Shown: positions 47,673 to 57,671, counted from the first letter of the stretch. The stretch is 64,000 bases of DNA from an uncultured Gammaproteobacteria bacterium (GCA_964547465.1 CAZJNI010000003.1:21334-85333); one strand, 5' to 3'. A program made the numbers and translations. Notes: a model not told the origin generated them from the letters alone.

Positions 47673-49578
47673 TAACTTAAAACAATACACCCCTCCTTCG
47701 GAGGTTAAAACTAAAAACTTAAAACTGTTTCATGATCAAAAGGGACAGATTTTAGTGATTGTATTTGTGGCTTTGGGGGTGGTTTTGTTTTCAGTTTTAT
47801 CTATTATTGCCGGCTCCCAAATTTATTTTTCCAATACTTTTCACTCTGTAGATGCGGAAAAAGCTTTTGCATTAGCTGAAGCAGGGATAGATAAAACTTT
47901 GGCAACGCTAAACCGGACCGGCGGAAATTTTAGTGAAAATGATTTGGAAGTTAGTATGGGAGAGGGATATGGATCTTACAGCGTTAAAGTTACCTCAACA
48001 GATGTGGCAACTAAAATGATTGAATCAACCGGATATGTTCCAAACAAAGATAATGCAAAGGTCAAAAAAACAATTAAAATTAAAACCTCCAGAGGGGTAG
48101 GAGTAGCTTTTAATTATGGTATACAGGTGGGAGAAGGAGGAATGGAGCTGGGCAATGGTAATTTGATAAAGGGCTCGATATATTCTAATGGCAGTATTAC
48201 TGCCGGCAATAGTAACATAATAACTGGAGATGCTTTTATTGCAGGAGGTGCACAGGCAACTGCTGATCAGCAAACAGAATGTGAAGGTTCAAACTGCACG
48301 GACTATATTTTCGGAAAGATTGTTTTTGGTGAAAGCAGGCTGGATGTTGCACAAAGTTTCAAGCCCACCATAAACGAGGTACTAAACAGAATTTCGGTAA
48401 AAATTAAAAAAGCGGGAAATCCTACCAATGCTGTAAAAGTCAGAATTTTAAGCGATTCTTCCGGTAAACCAAATAAAAACGGGGTGTTGGCAACAGGAGA
48501 TTTAGTTAACGATTTGGTAACAGATGAATATGGATGGATAGACGTAGCTTTCAGTTCCCTACCCGCCTTAACCGCAAATACCACTTATTGGTTAATGATT
48601 TCTACAACACTTGAATCAAATGCCAATAAATACTGGGTTTGGCAAAATGTGACATTTCCCAGCTACATTTGTGAAAATCCAGACCAATGTGTGCCAAAAT
48701 GGTCTGCAGACTGGAAAACAGGAAACCCAACCTGGACCCTGGTAGCTGGAGATTTATCATTTAAAACATATATGGGAGGGGCACCAACTGTATTAATAGG
48801 CGGCAGCAACAAAATGAATGTTAATGGGAGTGCCTATGCAAATACAATTGAAAATTTGATTATCGGAGGAGATGCATACTATCAGACAATTGCAAACAGC
48901 TCTGTGGCTGGGATTTCTCACTCCGGACAAGCAGATCAACCACCCAAAGTTTTTCCAATTTCAGATGCTAATGTGACTGATTGGAAAAAACAGGCTGGTG
49001 ATTGTGATTCCTCACTTAATAATTGTCAGAATGTATTAACCGGTGATATTACTAATTGCGTAAATACCTTAGGCTCAAATAATCCCAGTAAGCCTGGTAT
49101 AAAAATTGAGGGCAGTATTAATTTTAATAGTGGATGTAGGGTAACTGTTAAAAGTCCTATTTGGATTACCGGTGATCTGACTCTAAATAGTAATAATATT
49201 TTTACTCTTGATTCATCATATAATGAGACATCAGGAGTGATTATTGTAGGAGGAAAAGTAACCATAAATACCACTAACCATTTTAATGGGACAGGAATAG
49301 GAAGCAGTTTACTGATGGTTTTGACAGAGTATGATTCCAGGACTGATGGAGTAGATGCAATAGCTGTTAATAGTAATGGAAATACCGGGGTGTATTATGC
49401 CTCAACTGGGATTATTAATCCAGGGACTGGTAATTCTTTTAAAGAGCTGACGGCCTGGAAAATAAGACTTATAAACAGCTCAGAGATTGATTATGAAACA
49501 GGTTTATCCTCTACTCTTTTTACCTCTGGTCCTGGAGGAGCATATTCCTTGGTTAAGGGAACATACCAGGTGAAGTAG
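47665..49578 (+). CDS. Large PilX-like minor pilin with extended C-terminal adhesin-like domains
   Basis: 'QKG|QILVIVFV', 'AFALAEAGID'; G/N/S-rich beta repeats and an inserted 'AQSFKP...SGKP...WIDV.F' domain. Confidence 0.8.
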   Translation: MTNNLKQYTPPSEVKTKNLKLFHDQKGQILVIVFVALGVVLFSVLSIIAGSQIYFSNTFHSVDAEKAFALAEAGIDKTLATLNRTGGNFSENDLEVSMGEGYGSYSVKVTSTDVATKMIESTGYVPNKDNAKVKKTIKIKTSRGVGVAFNYGIQVGEGGMELGNGNLIKGSIYSNGSITAGNSNIITGDAFIAGGAQATADQQTECEGSNCTDYIFGKIVFGESRLDVAQSFKPTINEVLNRISVKIKKAGNPTNAVKVRILSDSSGKPNKNGVLATGDLVNDLVTDEYGWIDVAFSSLPALTANTTYWLMISTTLESNANKYWVWQNVTFPSYICENPDQCVPKWSADWKTGNPTWTLVAGDLSFKTYMGGAPTVLIGGSNKMNVNGSAYANTIENLIIGGDAYYQTIANSSVAGISHSGQADQPPKVFPISDANVTDWKKQAGDCDSSLNNCQNVLTGDITNCVNTLGSNNPSKPGIKIEGSINFNSGCRVTVKSPIWITGDLTLNSNNIFTLDSSYNETSGVIIVGGKVTINTTNHFNGTGIGSSLLMVLTEYDSRTDGVDAIAVNSNGNTGVYYASTGIINPGTGNSFKELTAWKIRLINSSEIDYETGLSSTLFTSGPGGAYSLVKGTYQVK

Positions 49579-49660
49579 AATCTAGAGTCTAGAATCTAGA
49601 TGCTAGATATTATAAACTATTATTATCTAGCTTCTAGTTTCAAGAATCTAGCATCTAGTT
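49575..49660. repeat. CTAG-core heptamer arrays between the pilX-like gene and pilM
   Basis: TCTAGAG TCTAGAA TCTAGAT GCTAGAT ... TCTAGCT TCTAGTT TCAAGAA TCTAGCA TCTAGTT; similar unit at 1563-1597. Confidence 0.75.
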
Positions 49661-49668
49661 AACTGCCT

Positions 49669-50706
49669 ATGGCTAAGATAAGTATTGGTTTAGATATTGG
49701 TTTTTCTACTATTAAAATAGTTTCCTTACTCAAAGATGGTAATCAACCTAAATTAGTTTCTTTAGGGAGTATTCCAGCACCAATTCCCGGTATGCTTTCG
49801 GATCAGGAAATAGATCTTCAGGCGGTTGCCGTAGCTATTAAAAAATTACTCGGGGCAACTAAAATTGAAGGAAGAGAAATAATTGCGGCGCTTCCGGAAT
49901 CAAAAGTGTTCACCAGAGTAATTGATGACCTCCCGTTTCTTTCTGATAACGAGCTCTCCTCTGCCATCAGATATGCTTCGGAAGAATTTATCCCCATGCC
50001 CTTGGCAGATGTAAATTTGAATTGGCAGATACTGCAGCGATCTGATTCCAAGGAGCGTAATGCTAAAACAGTGGTTTTAGTCATAGCATCCCCCAAAAAT
50101 ATAGTTTCAAAGTATGTAAACGTCTTGGCAATGACAGGACTTAAACCCAAAGCCCTGGAGACAGAAATTATTGCTGTTGCCAGATCTTTAGTTGGTAATA
50201 ATCCTTTTTCTCCGAGTACTCTGATTGTACAAATGGGAGCCACCACCACAGATTTTGCAACTGTTTCAAAAGGCTTGATTTGGCTGACACGTTCTATCTC
50301 AACAGGAGGACTGGCACTGACACGAGCCTTGGGACAGCAGTTTAACTTTGAGTTTACTCAAGCAGAGCAATATAAAAAAGTGTATGGTTTAGCGCAGGAT
50401 CAGCTTGAAGGGAAAGTTTATGAGGCACTAAAGCCGATTGTAGATATAATCATGGGTGAGTGTAAAAGGGTTATTCAGGCATTTGAAACAAAATATCCTG
50501 CATATCCAATTAAACGGGTGGTTTTATCCGGAGGTGGTGCTAAAATGCCGGGTTTGGTGATTTATCTTGCCAATACCCTAGGCTTGGAGGTTCAGGAGGC
50601 AGATCCCTGGTATCTGATTACCAAAGATAAGGCAATTGTTTCAAAGCTTTCACAAGATGCTCCGTCTTACTCTGTTGCCGTAGGACTGGCATTAAGAGAG
50701 GAGTAA
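49669..50706 (+). CDS. pilM: Type IV pilus assembly protein PilM
   Basis: 'IGLDIGFSTIK', 'VVLSGGGAKMPGL', 'VAVGLALR'. Confidence 0.95.
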   Translation: MAKISIGLDIGFSTIKIVSLLKDGNQPKLVSLGSIPAPIPGMLSDQEIDLQAVAVAIKKLLGATKIEGREIIAALPESKVFTRVIDDLPFLSDNELSSAIRYASEEFIPMPLADVNLNWQILQRSDSKERNAKTVVLVIASPKNIVSKYVNVLAMTGLKPKALETEIIAVARSLVGNNPFSPSTLIVQMGATTTDFATVSKGLIWLTRSISTGGLALTRALGQQFNFEFTQAEQYKKVYGLAQDQLEGKVYEALKPIVDIIMGECKRVIQAFETKYPAYPIKRVVLSGGGAKMPGLVIYLANTLGLEVQEADPWYLITKDKAIVSKLSQDAPSYSVAVGLALREE

Positions 50707-50715
50707 AATTTTAAA

Positions 50716-51276
50716 GTGGCACGAAGCGGAAAAAATAGGATCACAATAAATCTTTTACCACCTGAGTTTATGGTGGAAGAGATTAAAAAAGCCAAGTTTT
50801 ACAAAATCCAAACAATTGGTGTGGGGATTATTTTGATAATGATATTTTTGTCTTCGTTAACCGTTGCTTTAAGGATCTTACAAAGTTATAACATATCCCA
50901 AATTCAGGGTAAGTTAAGCAAAATTGAAGATAGAGTTTCCGGCTTAAAAAATAGACAAGCGTCTTTGGTTCTACTAAAAGACAGGTTAACCTCTATTAAT
51001 AAATATTGGGGACAACCATCTAAACAAAGTAATATGTATTCTCTTTTAGATAAAATTATTCCAACTCAAGCAGTCATAACTGCATTATCAGTTGAAAAAA
51101 CAGGTGATGCAACAATTTCCCTGGTTGTATCTAATTCAGATATTTTGGATAATTTAATCTCCGGTTTACTCTTGCAAGATACTGATCAAAGTAAGATAAA
51201 TAAAATTTCAATTGAAAACCTCAATAGGGGTAGAGATGGTACCTACAGACTTTCTCTTAAAATAAAGATAAATTAG
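50716..51276 (+). CDS. pilN: PilN-like protein
   Basis: 'INLLPPE' plus TM and coiled coil. Confidence 0.8.
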   Translation: MARSGKNRITINLLPPEFMVEEIKKAKFYKIQTIGVGIILIMIFLSSLTVALRILQSYNISQIQGKLSKIEDRVSGLKNRQASLVLLKDRLTSINKYWGQPSKQSNMYSLLDKIIPTQAVITALSVEKTGDATISLVVSNSDILDNLISGLLLQDTDQSKINKISIENLNRGRDGTYRLSLKIKIN

Positions 51277-51277
51277 T

Positions 51278-51979
51278 ATGAAAAAAGAGACGATCCTGAA
51301 ATTTTATTCAGATTATAAAATTTTTATATTTCCAATTGCCGTTACCATATCAAGCTTGATTTTGATAGCTTTTGTAATTTTACCTCAAGCAATAAAGTTA
51401 ATCAGTAATCAAGAAACAGGAGATATTCTTTTACAAAGGACAAAGTTTTTGGAGGTAAAAGCACAGGCTTTGGAGGGCTATGATGAAGAGGACTTATCAA
51501 AAAAAGTTAACTTTGCATTAAATGTTTACCCGCCGGATAAGGATTTTGGTAGCGTTATTGGACTCATTCAAGCAATCACCGCTCAAGCAGGTTTTAATAT
51601 AGTTTCCCTTTCACTCGGCGGGGGTCCTACCCAAACAGGAGCTCAAAACTTTAATATTGCGCTAGAGATATCAGGGCCCAAAACTCTGCTGCCTTCTCTA
51701 TTATCCGCATTGGAAAATGCTCCCAGGTTAATGAGAGTAGGAAATATTACCATATCACCTGCAGCAGGTTCTGCCGGTGTACAGGCGAGTTTGGGTCTTG
51801 AGATTTTGTATCAAGCTGCGCCACAAAACTTTGGCAGCATTGATTCTCCCTTGCCAGAGTTATCAGAAGTCGATCAAGAACTGCTTGTAAAATTGGCGGG
51901 AGTACAACCTTCGCAACAGGTTGTTGGCGACGCTCCTGTTTCTACTTCTCCCAGAGGGAAAGATAATCCATTTGAATAA
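51278..51979 (+). CDS. pilO: PilO-like protein
   Basis: TM, coiled coil, 'LENAPRLMRV', C-terminal 'GKDNPF'; follows pilMN. Confidence 0.75.
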   Translation: MKKETILKFYSDYKIFIFPIAVTISSLILIAFVILPQAIKLISNQETGDILLQRTKFLEVKAQALEGYDEEDLSKKVNFALNVYPPDKDFGSVIGLIQAITAQAGFNIVSLSLGGGPTQTGAQNFNIALEISGPKTLLPSLLSALENAPRLMRVGNITISPAAGSAGVQASLGLEILYQAAPQNFGSIDSPLPELSEVDQELLVKLAGVQPSQQVVGDAPVSTSPRGKDNPFE

Positions 51980-51981
51980 GC

Positions 51982-52009
51982 ATAGCTTGCCGCTTCGCGG
52001 TGAAGCTAT
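51982..52009. terminator. Hairpin between convergent pilO and trmD
   Basis: ATAGCTT-GCCGC-TTC-GCGGTG-AAGCTAT. Confidence 0.55.
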
Positions 52010-52740
52010 TTTAAAAGATCGGGTCTTATTTTTTTGGTTTTTTCCACAGACTTTTTTTTATGCCACGCGGCAATTTTTCCATGATCTCCGGAAAGCAGAA
52101 TTTTGGGTACCTTAACTCCTTCAAATTCTTCAGGCCTGGTATATTGTGGATATTCTAAAAGTTGGTAGTTGGTAGTTGGTAGTTGGTAGTTAGAAAATGA
52201 TTCATTCTGGGTGGCTTCTTCCTTTTTTAAAACACCCGGTATTAGTCTAACAATGGAATCTGCTATCACCATAGCAGGAATTTCTCCACCTGTTAAGACA
52301 TAATCCCCAACTGAAATTTCTTCATCCACATACTTATCTATAAACCTTTGGTCAACCCCCTCATAATGACCACAGACTATGATGAGATGATCAAGTTTAG
52401 AAAATTCTTGTGCCTTTTTTTGTTTATATGGAGTTCCGGAGGCGGACATCAGGATAATTTTAAATTTTAAATTTCTAATTTTAAATTTGGTTTTTTTCGA
52501 AGAGGCTGTAGGATTTATGATTGAAGTTAATGAGCGAGTCAATACATCAGGTTTCAGCACCATCCCTGCTCCACCCCCGTATGGTCGTCCGTCTACTATT
52601 TGATGTTTTCCTTCGCCAAAGTCCCGCAAATTAATAAGTTCAAATTCAACTAATTTTTTTTGCCGGGCTCTTTTTAGAATACTGGTATTTAAGATCGGGT
52701 CAAAAACTTCAGGGAAAAGAGTGATAATTGAGATCTTCAT
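52006..52740 (-). CDS. trmD: tRNA (guanine37-N1)-methyltransferase with two in-frame heptamer tracts
   Basis: 'PYGGGAGMV', 'CGHYEGVDQR', 'SVGDYVLTGGE', 'LEYPQYTRP'. Confidence 0.97.
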   Translation of the reverse strand: MKISIITLFPEVFDPILNTSILKRARQKKLVEFELINLRDFGEGKHQIVDGRPYGGGAGMVLKPDVLTRSLTSIINPTASSKKTKFKIRNLKFKIILMSASGTPYKQKKAQEFSKLDHLIIVCGHYEGVDQRFIDKYVDEEISVGDYVLTGGEIPAMVIADSIVRLIPGVLKKEEATQNESFSNYQLPTTNYQLLEYPQYTRPEEFEGVKVPKILLSGDHGKIAAWHKKKSVEKTKKIRPDLLK

Positions 52741-52982
52741 TTCTCACCAGCTGGTTCTGTCAATTGTAAGTTTACCCTTAAATTTTCTGCCATGGCCCGG
52801 ACAATAAGGAGTTTTCTGATAGATTTTATGGTCTGACCGCCTTTTCCAATAATTAACCCCATATCAGATGGATCTACACTTAAGTTTAAATTAACAGTGC
52901 CTTCCTGATTTTCTTCCTCAATACTTATTGCTTGCGGTTTGGTGACAATATTACTGACAATAAATTCAAGCAGATCCTTCAT
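52737..52982 (-). CDS. khpA: KH-domain RNA-binding protein KhpA
   Basis: 'DMGLIIGKGGQTIKSIR'; rpsP-khpA-trmD order. Confidence 0.9.
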   Translation of the reverse strand: MKDLLEFIVSNIVTKPQAISIEEENQEGTVNLNLSVDPSDMGLIIGKGGQTIKSIRKLLIVRAMAENLRVNLQLTEPAGEK

Positions 52983-53520
52983 CTTTTTTCTCACTTTCTA
53001 CTACCTTGTCATTGCGAGGAGCCGAAGGCTCCGTGGCAATCTTATCTGGGTTTTCTTCTGGGCTAGATTGCTTCGCTTCGCTCGCAATGACAGTATTATC
53101 AACTTTTACTTCCTCTACATTTGCTTCTGCTGGTCGTTCAGTAGCTGGGGTTTCTTCTTTTTCAGCCAAAGGCTGACCAGTCTCTGGCTGGGGTTTCTCT
53201 TCTGTTTTTAATTCTTCTGATGGCTGAGGACTGACGACTGAAGACTCTTCTTTCTTTTTCTCCTTCTTAGGCTTTCTAGGTGGTCTTGGCGGAGCTTCTT
53301 TTAACATACGCAGCAACCCGTCAGATTTTTGAGCACCCTTTTTAAGCCAAGCCGCCATTTTTTCTTTATCTAACTTGATGTCTTTAGGTTCTGTTAGCGG
53401 ATTATAAGTTCCCAGTAAATCTAAATAAGCCCCGTCCCTTTTATTTCGCTCATCCACCACCACAATCCTATAAAATGGTTTCTGCTTTGCCCCTATTCTC
53501 ATTAGTCTTATCTTTAGCAT
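52966..53520 (-). CDS. rpsP: 30S ribosomal protein S16 with long acidic C-terminal extension
   Basis: 'MLKIRLMRIGAKQKPFYRIVVVDER..RDG...LGTYNP'. Confidence 0.95.
   Translation of the reverse strand: MLKIRLMRIGAKQKPFYRIVVVDERNKRDGAYLDLLGTYNPLTEPKDIKLDKEKMAAWLKKGAQKSDGLLRMLKEAPPRPPRKPKKEKKKEESSVVSPQPSEELKTEEKPQPETGQPLAEKEETPATERPAEANVEEVKVDNTVIASEAKQSSPEENPDKIATEPSAPRNDKVVESEKKDEGSA
53007..53092. repeat. GTCATTGCGAG...GCAATCT-class palindromic element, in frame in rpsP
   Basis: TGTCATTGCGAG..GCAATCT ... AGATTGC..CTCGCAATGACA; half copy in murD at 29724-29751. Confidence 0.9.
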
Positions 53521-53527
53521 GGAGGTA

Positions 53528-53556
53528 AGTATAGCTTAAGCTTACTTGAGCGTCAA
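53528..53556 (-). promoter_or_regulatory. Sigma70 promoter giving a leaderless rpsP transcript
   Basis: TTGACG-17 nt-TATACT-7 nt-ATG on the minus strand. Confidence 0.65.
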
Positions 53557-53563
53557 TCACTAT

Positions 53564-56116
53564 TTAAGCTTCTAAAGCCAGATTATGGGTTCTCATTTTT
53601 TCCAGCAATTCTTCTTCAAGATTACGTAATCTTAATTTTCCCAGCTCTTTTTCCTTAGACTCCAGTTCACGCTTGAGACTTTCCTGAAAAGTATCTTTCA
53701 TAATTGAATCATATTTTTCAGATGCTTCCTGGCTCTTTTTTAATATCCTTGCTTTATAACAAATAGCATACGCAAAATCTACTCTTCTTCTCCATGCCCT
53801 TAAAAATGAGTTTTTATCAATACCCTCGGTTGAGTTTTCCTCTGGAAGAGGGACTAGAGGGCTATTTATGTAATTGAGCATTCTCTTAAAGTAGTTCAGA
53901 TACCCTTGATAATTTTTTGATTTTATATCTAGTCTTAGGTGGTTTATATTATCAATCTTTGAGTTGATCCAACTTTCCAAAGCTTCTTTGCCCATAACCC
54001 AGTCAGGTAGAACTGCTGTTGCATATCTATCAATAAAATACCTCATTTCTGTAGCGGCTTTGGCAAGCTCATCCAAAGTGATGCCTTTTAGACGGGGTAA
54101 TTTAGAGGCTTCCATTTCTTTAATATATGATTTTACCTCATTTCTTGGCCAACCAGCCTCTTCAGGCAGAGGTTTTTTTACATCAGAGGCTTCCTCATAT
54201 CTTATACCAACATCTTTTTGTTGTTTAAGTAACTGATCTTTTTCCTCCAAAGCTTGTAGTGCAACTTGCAAAAGTTGAACTCGCTGTTTAAGAATTTCCG
54301 GTATGGCTTTTTTAAGATCCAGCTTTCTTTGGGCTGGTATTACCATGCCATTACTGACAATTTCATATACAGCTTTTTGGTAGATATCTTTCCAGAATTT
54401 ATAGAAAGGTTTTAAAGAAGCAGGTAATCCTAAAGCCCTTTGTCTTCTAAAATAAGGGGTCAGGTGATCCCTTAGTTGTTCTGCGCTAAATTCATCTTCG
54501 GAAAAAAGATTTTCATCCATATCAGGTTGTGAGAGAAGCTGCTCTGTCGCCTCCAGTTCTCCGGTTAATTTATTTCTAGCTGTATTTTTATTTTTTCTAA
54601 GAATGCCTGGTGGAAATCTATCCTGTTTTCCCCAGAAAAAGTCTATGGCCAGAAGTTCTTCCATAGCTGAAAGTTGTTTGTTTGTTACACGATTCTTATT
54701 CCTAACTTGCGTTTTTTCTTTGAGCAGCCTTTCCAGAAAAGCACCTCTTGGCATTTTTACAACTTCCGGCCAGTCTTTTCCATATTGCTCATTTAAGCCC
54801 TGCTCGTAGGTAATAACTTCTTTTTGTTTTATTTGCATATCTTTAATTATCTCCCCTAATCTTGCAGACTCTTTTTCAGTCCACCTGGCAGTTGCTTGGG
54901 CCCGGGCCTGGGTGGTATAACGGATGAAATAAGCCTCTTTTGGTAAAGGAAAATCAGGATTTAAAGTATTGGATAAAAGCTGTGTTCTTTCTGCCAGTTC
55001 TACTTCAGCCTGTTTTGTTTTTGCAGCATGAGCTTTCTTAGCTTTTTCAAACCAAATCCAGATATCAATCCCTCTTTTAAGATTTTCCGCTGTATTTGTA
55101 TCGTGTTTTGCCTGGGCTTGTCTTAAAGCCTGGCTTAATAAATCAGATTTTGGAAGTTTAAAACCACCAATAATCATTGGATCATCCCAGAGACTAGGAT
55201 TACCTTCTTTAAGACTTAAAGGATTGGTAATAATTTGTTGTTCCTCTAGGGCTGGATGCATTAATAGTAAGTCTTTGGTGTATCTTCTATAAAAATCCTC
55301 AATTCCTTTAGGGTTATCATCTTGAGGTACAGTAGTAAAAAGCCTGAAAGGTTCCCTGGTTTGGGCATATAAAGCCTCCAAGTATGATCTTTCCTGAGGA
55401 GTATCTGCGTACATTTGTTCCAAAAGCAGCTCTTTTGCTTCCTCACTAAAAAAGGATGGAGCTTTCTTAACAAAATCTTTTAACTCAGTAACGGAAATTA
55501 AAGGTGAGAAATTGCCTCTGAAAATAAAAGATGTGATCATATTGCGGATTATCTTGACTCTTTCTGCAATTTTTGGAAATTTATCTAATGAAGCCTTTCT
55601 GCTAGTTTCTGGTAGTGCACTCAAGCCCAAATTGGCCCAGGGATCTATAAAAGAGAGTCTTGGTGTGCTCACCTCCACTACTTGTTGTAAAGGAGTTAAA
55701 TCAGCAGTTAGAATAAAAACTCTTGGATTTGTATTGGCAGCATTAATTAATGAGACAGGAATGGCCAAAGGGCCAACTAAATCAGAATAAGTATTCTGAT
55801 TGTCTATACTCAAATTAAGATAAGTTTCAGCTTTTCTTCTTAAGCCTTCCCTTATTTCCAAACCTCTCCTGAATAAAGGTTTTAACCTGTCTTTTTCGGT
55901 AATTATTGATTGACCTTTTTCCCCAAGAGCTCTTAATATAGCATCTCCTGCTACTCCACTTACTCTTCGTACAACTTCTCTATCAGTAAGGCTTACTCCA
56001 TACTTACGGATTATATCTGAAAGCTCTTTTTGCTGTCTCGCGTTAAGAACAGAATGTGCAGATTTTTCTAACGAGTCGCCTCCAAGATCAAAAGGGACAA
56101 GAGAACGTTCAATCAT
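53564..56116 (-). CDS. Large helical/coiled-coil hypothetical protein
   Basis: 850-aa ORF, K/E/L/Q-rich, no TM or recognised motif. Confidence 0.8.
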   Translation of the reverse strand: MIERSLVPFDLGGDSLEKSAHSVLNARQQKELSDIIRKYGVSLTDREVVRRVSGVAGDAILRALGEKGQSIITEKDRLKPLFRRGLEIREGLRRKAETYLNLSIDNQNTYSDLVGPLAIPVSLINAANTNPRVFILTADLTPLQQVVEVSTPRLSFIDPWANLGLSALPETSRKASLDKFPKIAERVKIIRNMITSFIFRGNFSPLISVTELKDFVKKAPSFFSEEAKELLLEQMYADTPQERSYLEALYAQTREPFRLFTTVPQDDNPKGIEDFYRRYTKDLLLMHPALEEQQIITNPLSLKEGNPSLWDDPMIIGGFKLPKSDLLSQALRQAQAKHDTNTAENLKRGIDIWIWFEKAKKAHAAKTKQAEVELAERTQLLSNTLNPDFPLPKEAYFIRYTTQARAQATARWTEKESARLGEIIKDMQIKQKEVITYEQGLNEQYGKDWPEVVKMPRGAFLERLLKEKTQVRNKNRVTNKQLSAMEELLAIDFFWGKQDRFPPGILRKNKNTARNKLTGELEATEQLLSQPDMDENLFSEDEFSAEQLRDHLTPYFRRQRALGLPASLKPFYKFWKDIYQKAVYEIVSNGMVIPAQRKLDLKKAIPEILKQRVQLLQVALQALEEKDQLLKQQKDVGIRYEEASDVKKPLPEEAGWPRNEVKSYIKEMEASKLPRLKGITLDELAKAATEMRYFIDRYATAVLPDWVMGKEALESWINSKIDNINHLRLDIKSKNYQGYLNYFKRMLNYINSPLVPLPEENSTEGIDKNSFLRAWRRRVDFAYAICYKARILKKSQEASEKYDSIMKDTFQESLKRELESKEKELGKLRLRNLEEELLEKMRTHNLALEA

Positions 56117-56119
56117 AAG

Positions 56120-57652
56120 TTATGGCCTCCTGTAGCGTGGTCTTTCATATGGAAAGTCTCCTCTTTTGTAAGAAAGTTTTTCTTCATCTAAATCTTCTTC
56201 CAGTAAATCAGTTTGTAAACTGTGTGCCAGTCTATAAGTACGAGGGTGACTGGCAAATAAATCTATTAACTGTATTCTGAAAGACCTTACCTTGGCGCTT
56301 TTAATCATTTCGCTTAAAATAAGTGGTTCGTAAGGAGGCTCAGTTAAGACATCAATTATACGAGCCAGATCTAGCGTCCCTGCATCAGAGCGTTCGATGG
56401 CTGTTAGTATAAGTTGCTCAAAACTGTCATCCCTGTCATTAAGGTTTGGTTCAAAAGCAGCATTGCGTAGATAGGTGGCAAAGATTTTCTCATTGCACTC
56501 ATCCAGGTCCAGATAACCTAAATCCTCAAGCAGGTTTAGCGAAGATATTTCCAAAACTAAGGCTCTTTCTACTTCCGGCAAATTATTAATTGCTTGGACC
56601 ACTAACTCTTTAGTTACCTCATTAATAGTCCTTTTAGTATTTCTGGAATTACTTCTTACCAGTCTTGCTCCACCGCCACCTAACCAGTCAATTAATTCTC
56701 TGATTTTAGTCCCCCAGCGTAAATGAAGTTCTCCTAATTGTCTTTGAGGGTGTTCTGTAATCATTTGAGATAAAGTATTTCTGATCGCTGTCCGAGCTAC
56801 TTCTAATCTTTTATTCTCCGGAGTATTGACTATTTCCATGGGATTGAATGCCGGTTCTCCCAATTCTTTGACCTGTAAAGCCAGTTGGGCAAAAGCAGTA
56901 GCTTGCTCTTGATATTGCTTTGGGGTTAAAGTTTTATTCCCGAACCAGGAATTCATAGTCTCTTCTGGCACTAAATCAATAATACGGTTAATTAAAGTGA
57001 CTAATTCTTCTTCAGAAACAACAGCTGTTTCCTTTTTTACCTCAACAGCTTGAGCAGATTTTTGTGGAGCAGAGTTTTCAAACCAGTCCTTAAGATTTTC
57101 TTTAAAGCTAATATACCCATCATCTTCATCATCATTTAAAATCTTTATTTTGCCTAAGACTTCTGTACCTTTTTGATCAAGCTTTTTAAGTTTTCCCCTT
57201 TCAGCTAAAATATCTACTGTATGAGTTAAATCCCCCAAAACCCTTTCAGGAGTTGCTTTCAAAAGAAGATTCATAGCTTGTGCTACACTGAAGCCAGGGT
57301 CTTCCATGAATAAGTCCAGTACTTCAGTACTGGTCCGGATATAAGATTCCTGGTTAACCTGGTTTAGTTCTGCTTGAAAGCCGGGGATAGATTCCCGCTT
57401 AAGTCTAATCTGAATAGGAATAATATCTTTGCCTAATTTATTAAAATAAGCTTCTCCTTCCAACCCTTTTAGGTTAAATTTTTCAAGCCACATAGGATTA
57501 GAGTTTGGCCTTTGGATACGCCTGTTTTCTACGAAATCCGGTTTAGCTATTCCCTCCAAAATGTCCTGGGAATCTTCCAGCTTTTGCTTTAAGGTTTTTC
57601 TTCGGACAGTTAATTGTTCTTTTGAATATTGTGAATAATTTTCTCTTTCCAT
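56120..57652 (-). CDS. Hypothetical modular protein (shares domains with both upstream genes)
   Basis: N-terminus similar to 57672-58763; 'EDPGFSVAQA...FKENLKDW' similar to a segment of 58785-60716. Confidence 0.8.
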   Translation of the reverse strand: MERENYSQYSKEQLTVRRKTLKQKLEDSQDILEGIAKPDFVENRRIQRPNSNPMWLEKFNLKGLEGEAYFNKLGKDIIPIQIRLKRESIPGFQAELNQVNQESYIRTSTEVLDLFMEDPGFSVAQAMNLLLKATPERVLGDLTHTVDILAERGKLKKLDQKGTEVLGKIKILNDDEDDGYISFKENLKDWFENSAPQKSAQAVEVKKETAVVSEEELVTLINRIIDLVPEETMNSWFGNKTLTPKQYQEQATAFAQLALQVKELGEPAFNPMEIVNTPENKRLEVARTAIRNTLSQMITEHPQRQLGELHLRWGTKIRELIDWLGGGGARLVRSNSRNTKRTINEVTKELVVQAINNLPEVERALVLEISSLNLLEDLGYLDLDECNEKIFATYLRNAAFEPNLNDRDDSFEQLILTAIERSDAGTLDLARIIDVLTEPPYEPLILSEMIKSAKVRSFRIQLIDLFASHPRTYRLAHSLQTDLLEEDLDEEKLSYKRGDFPYERPRYRRP

Positions 57653-57671
57653 GATTATTTATTCCTTAATT

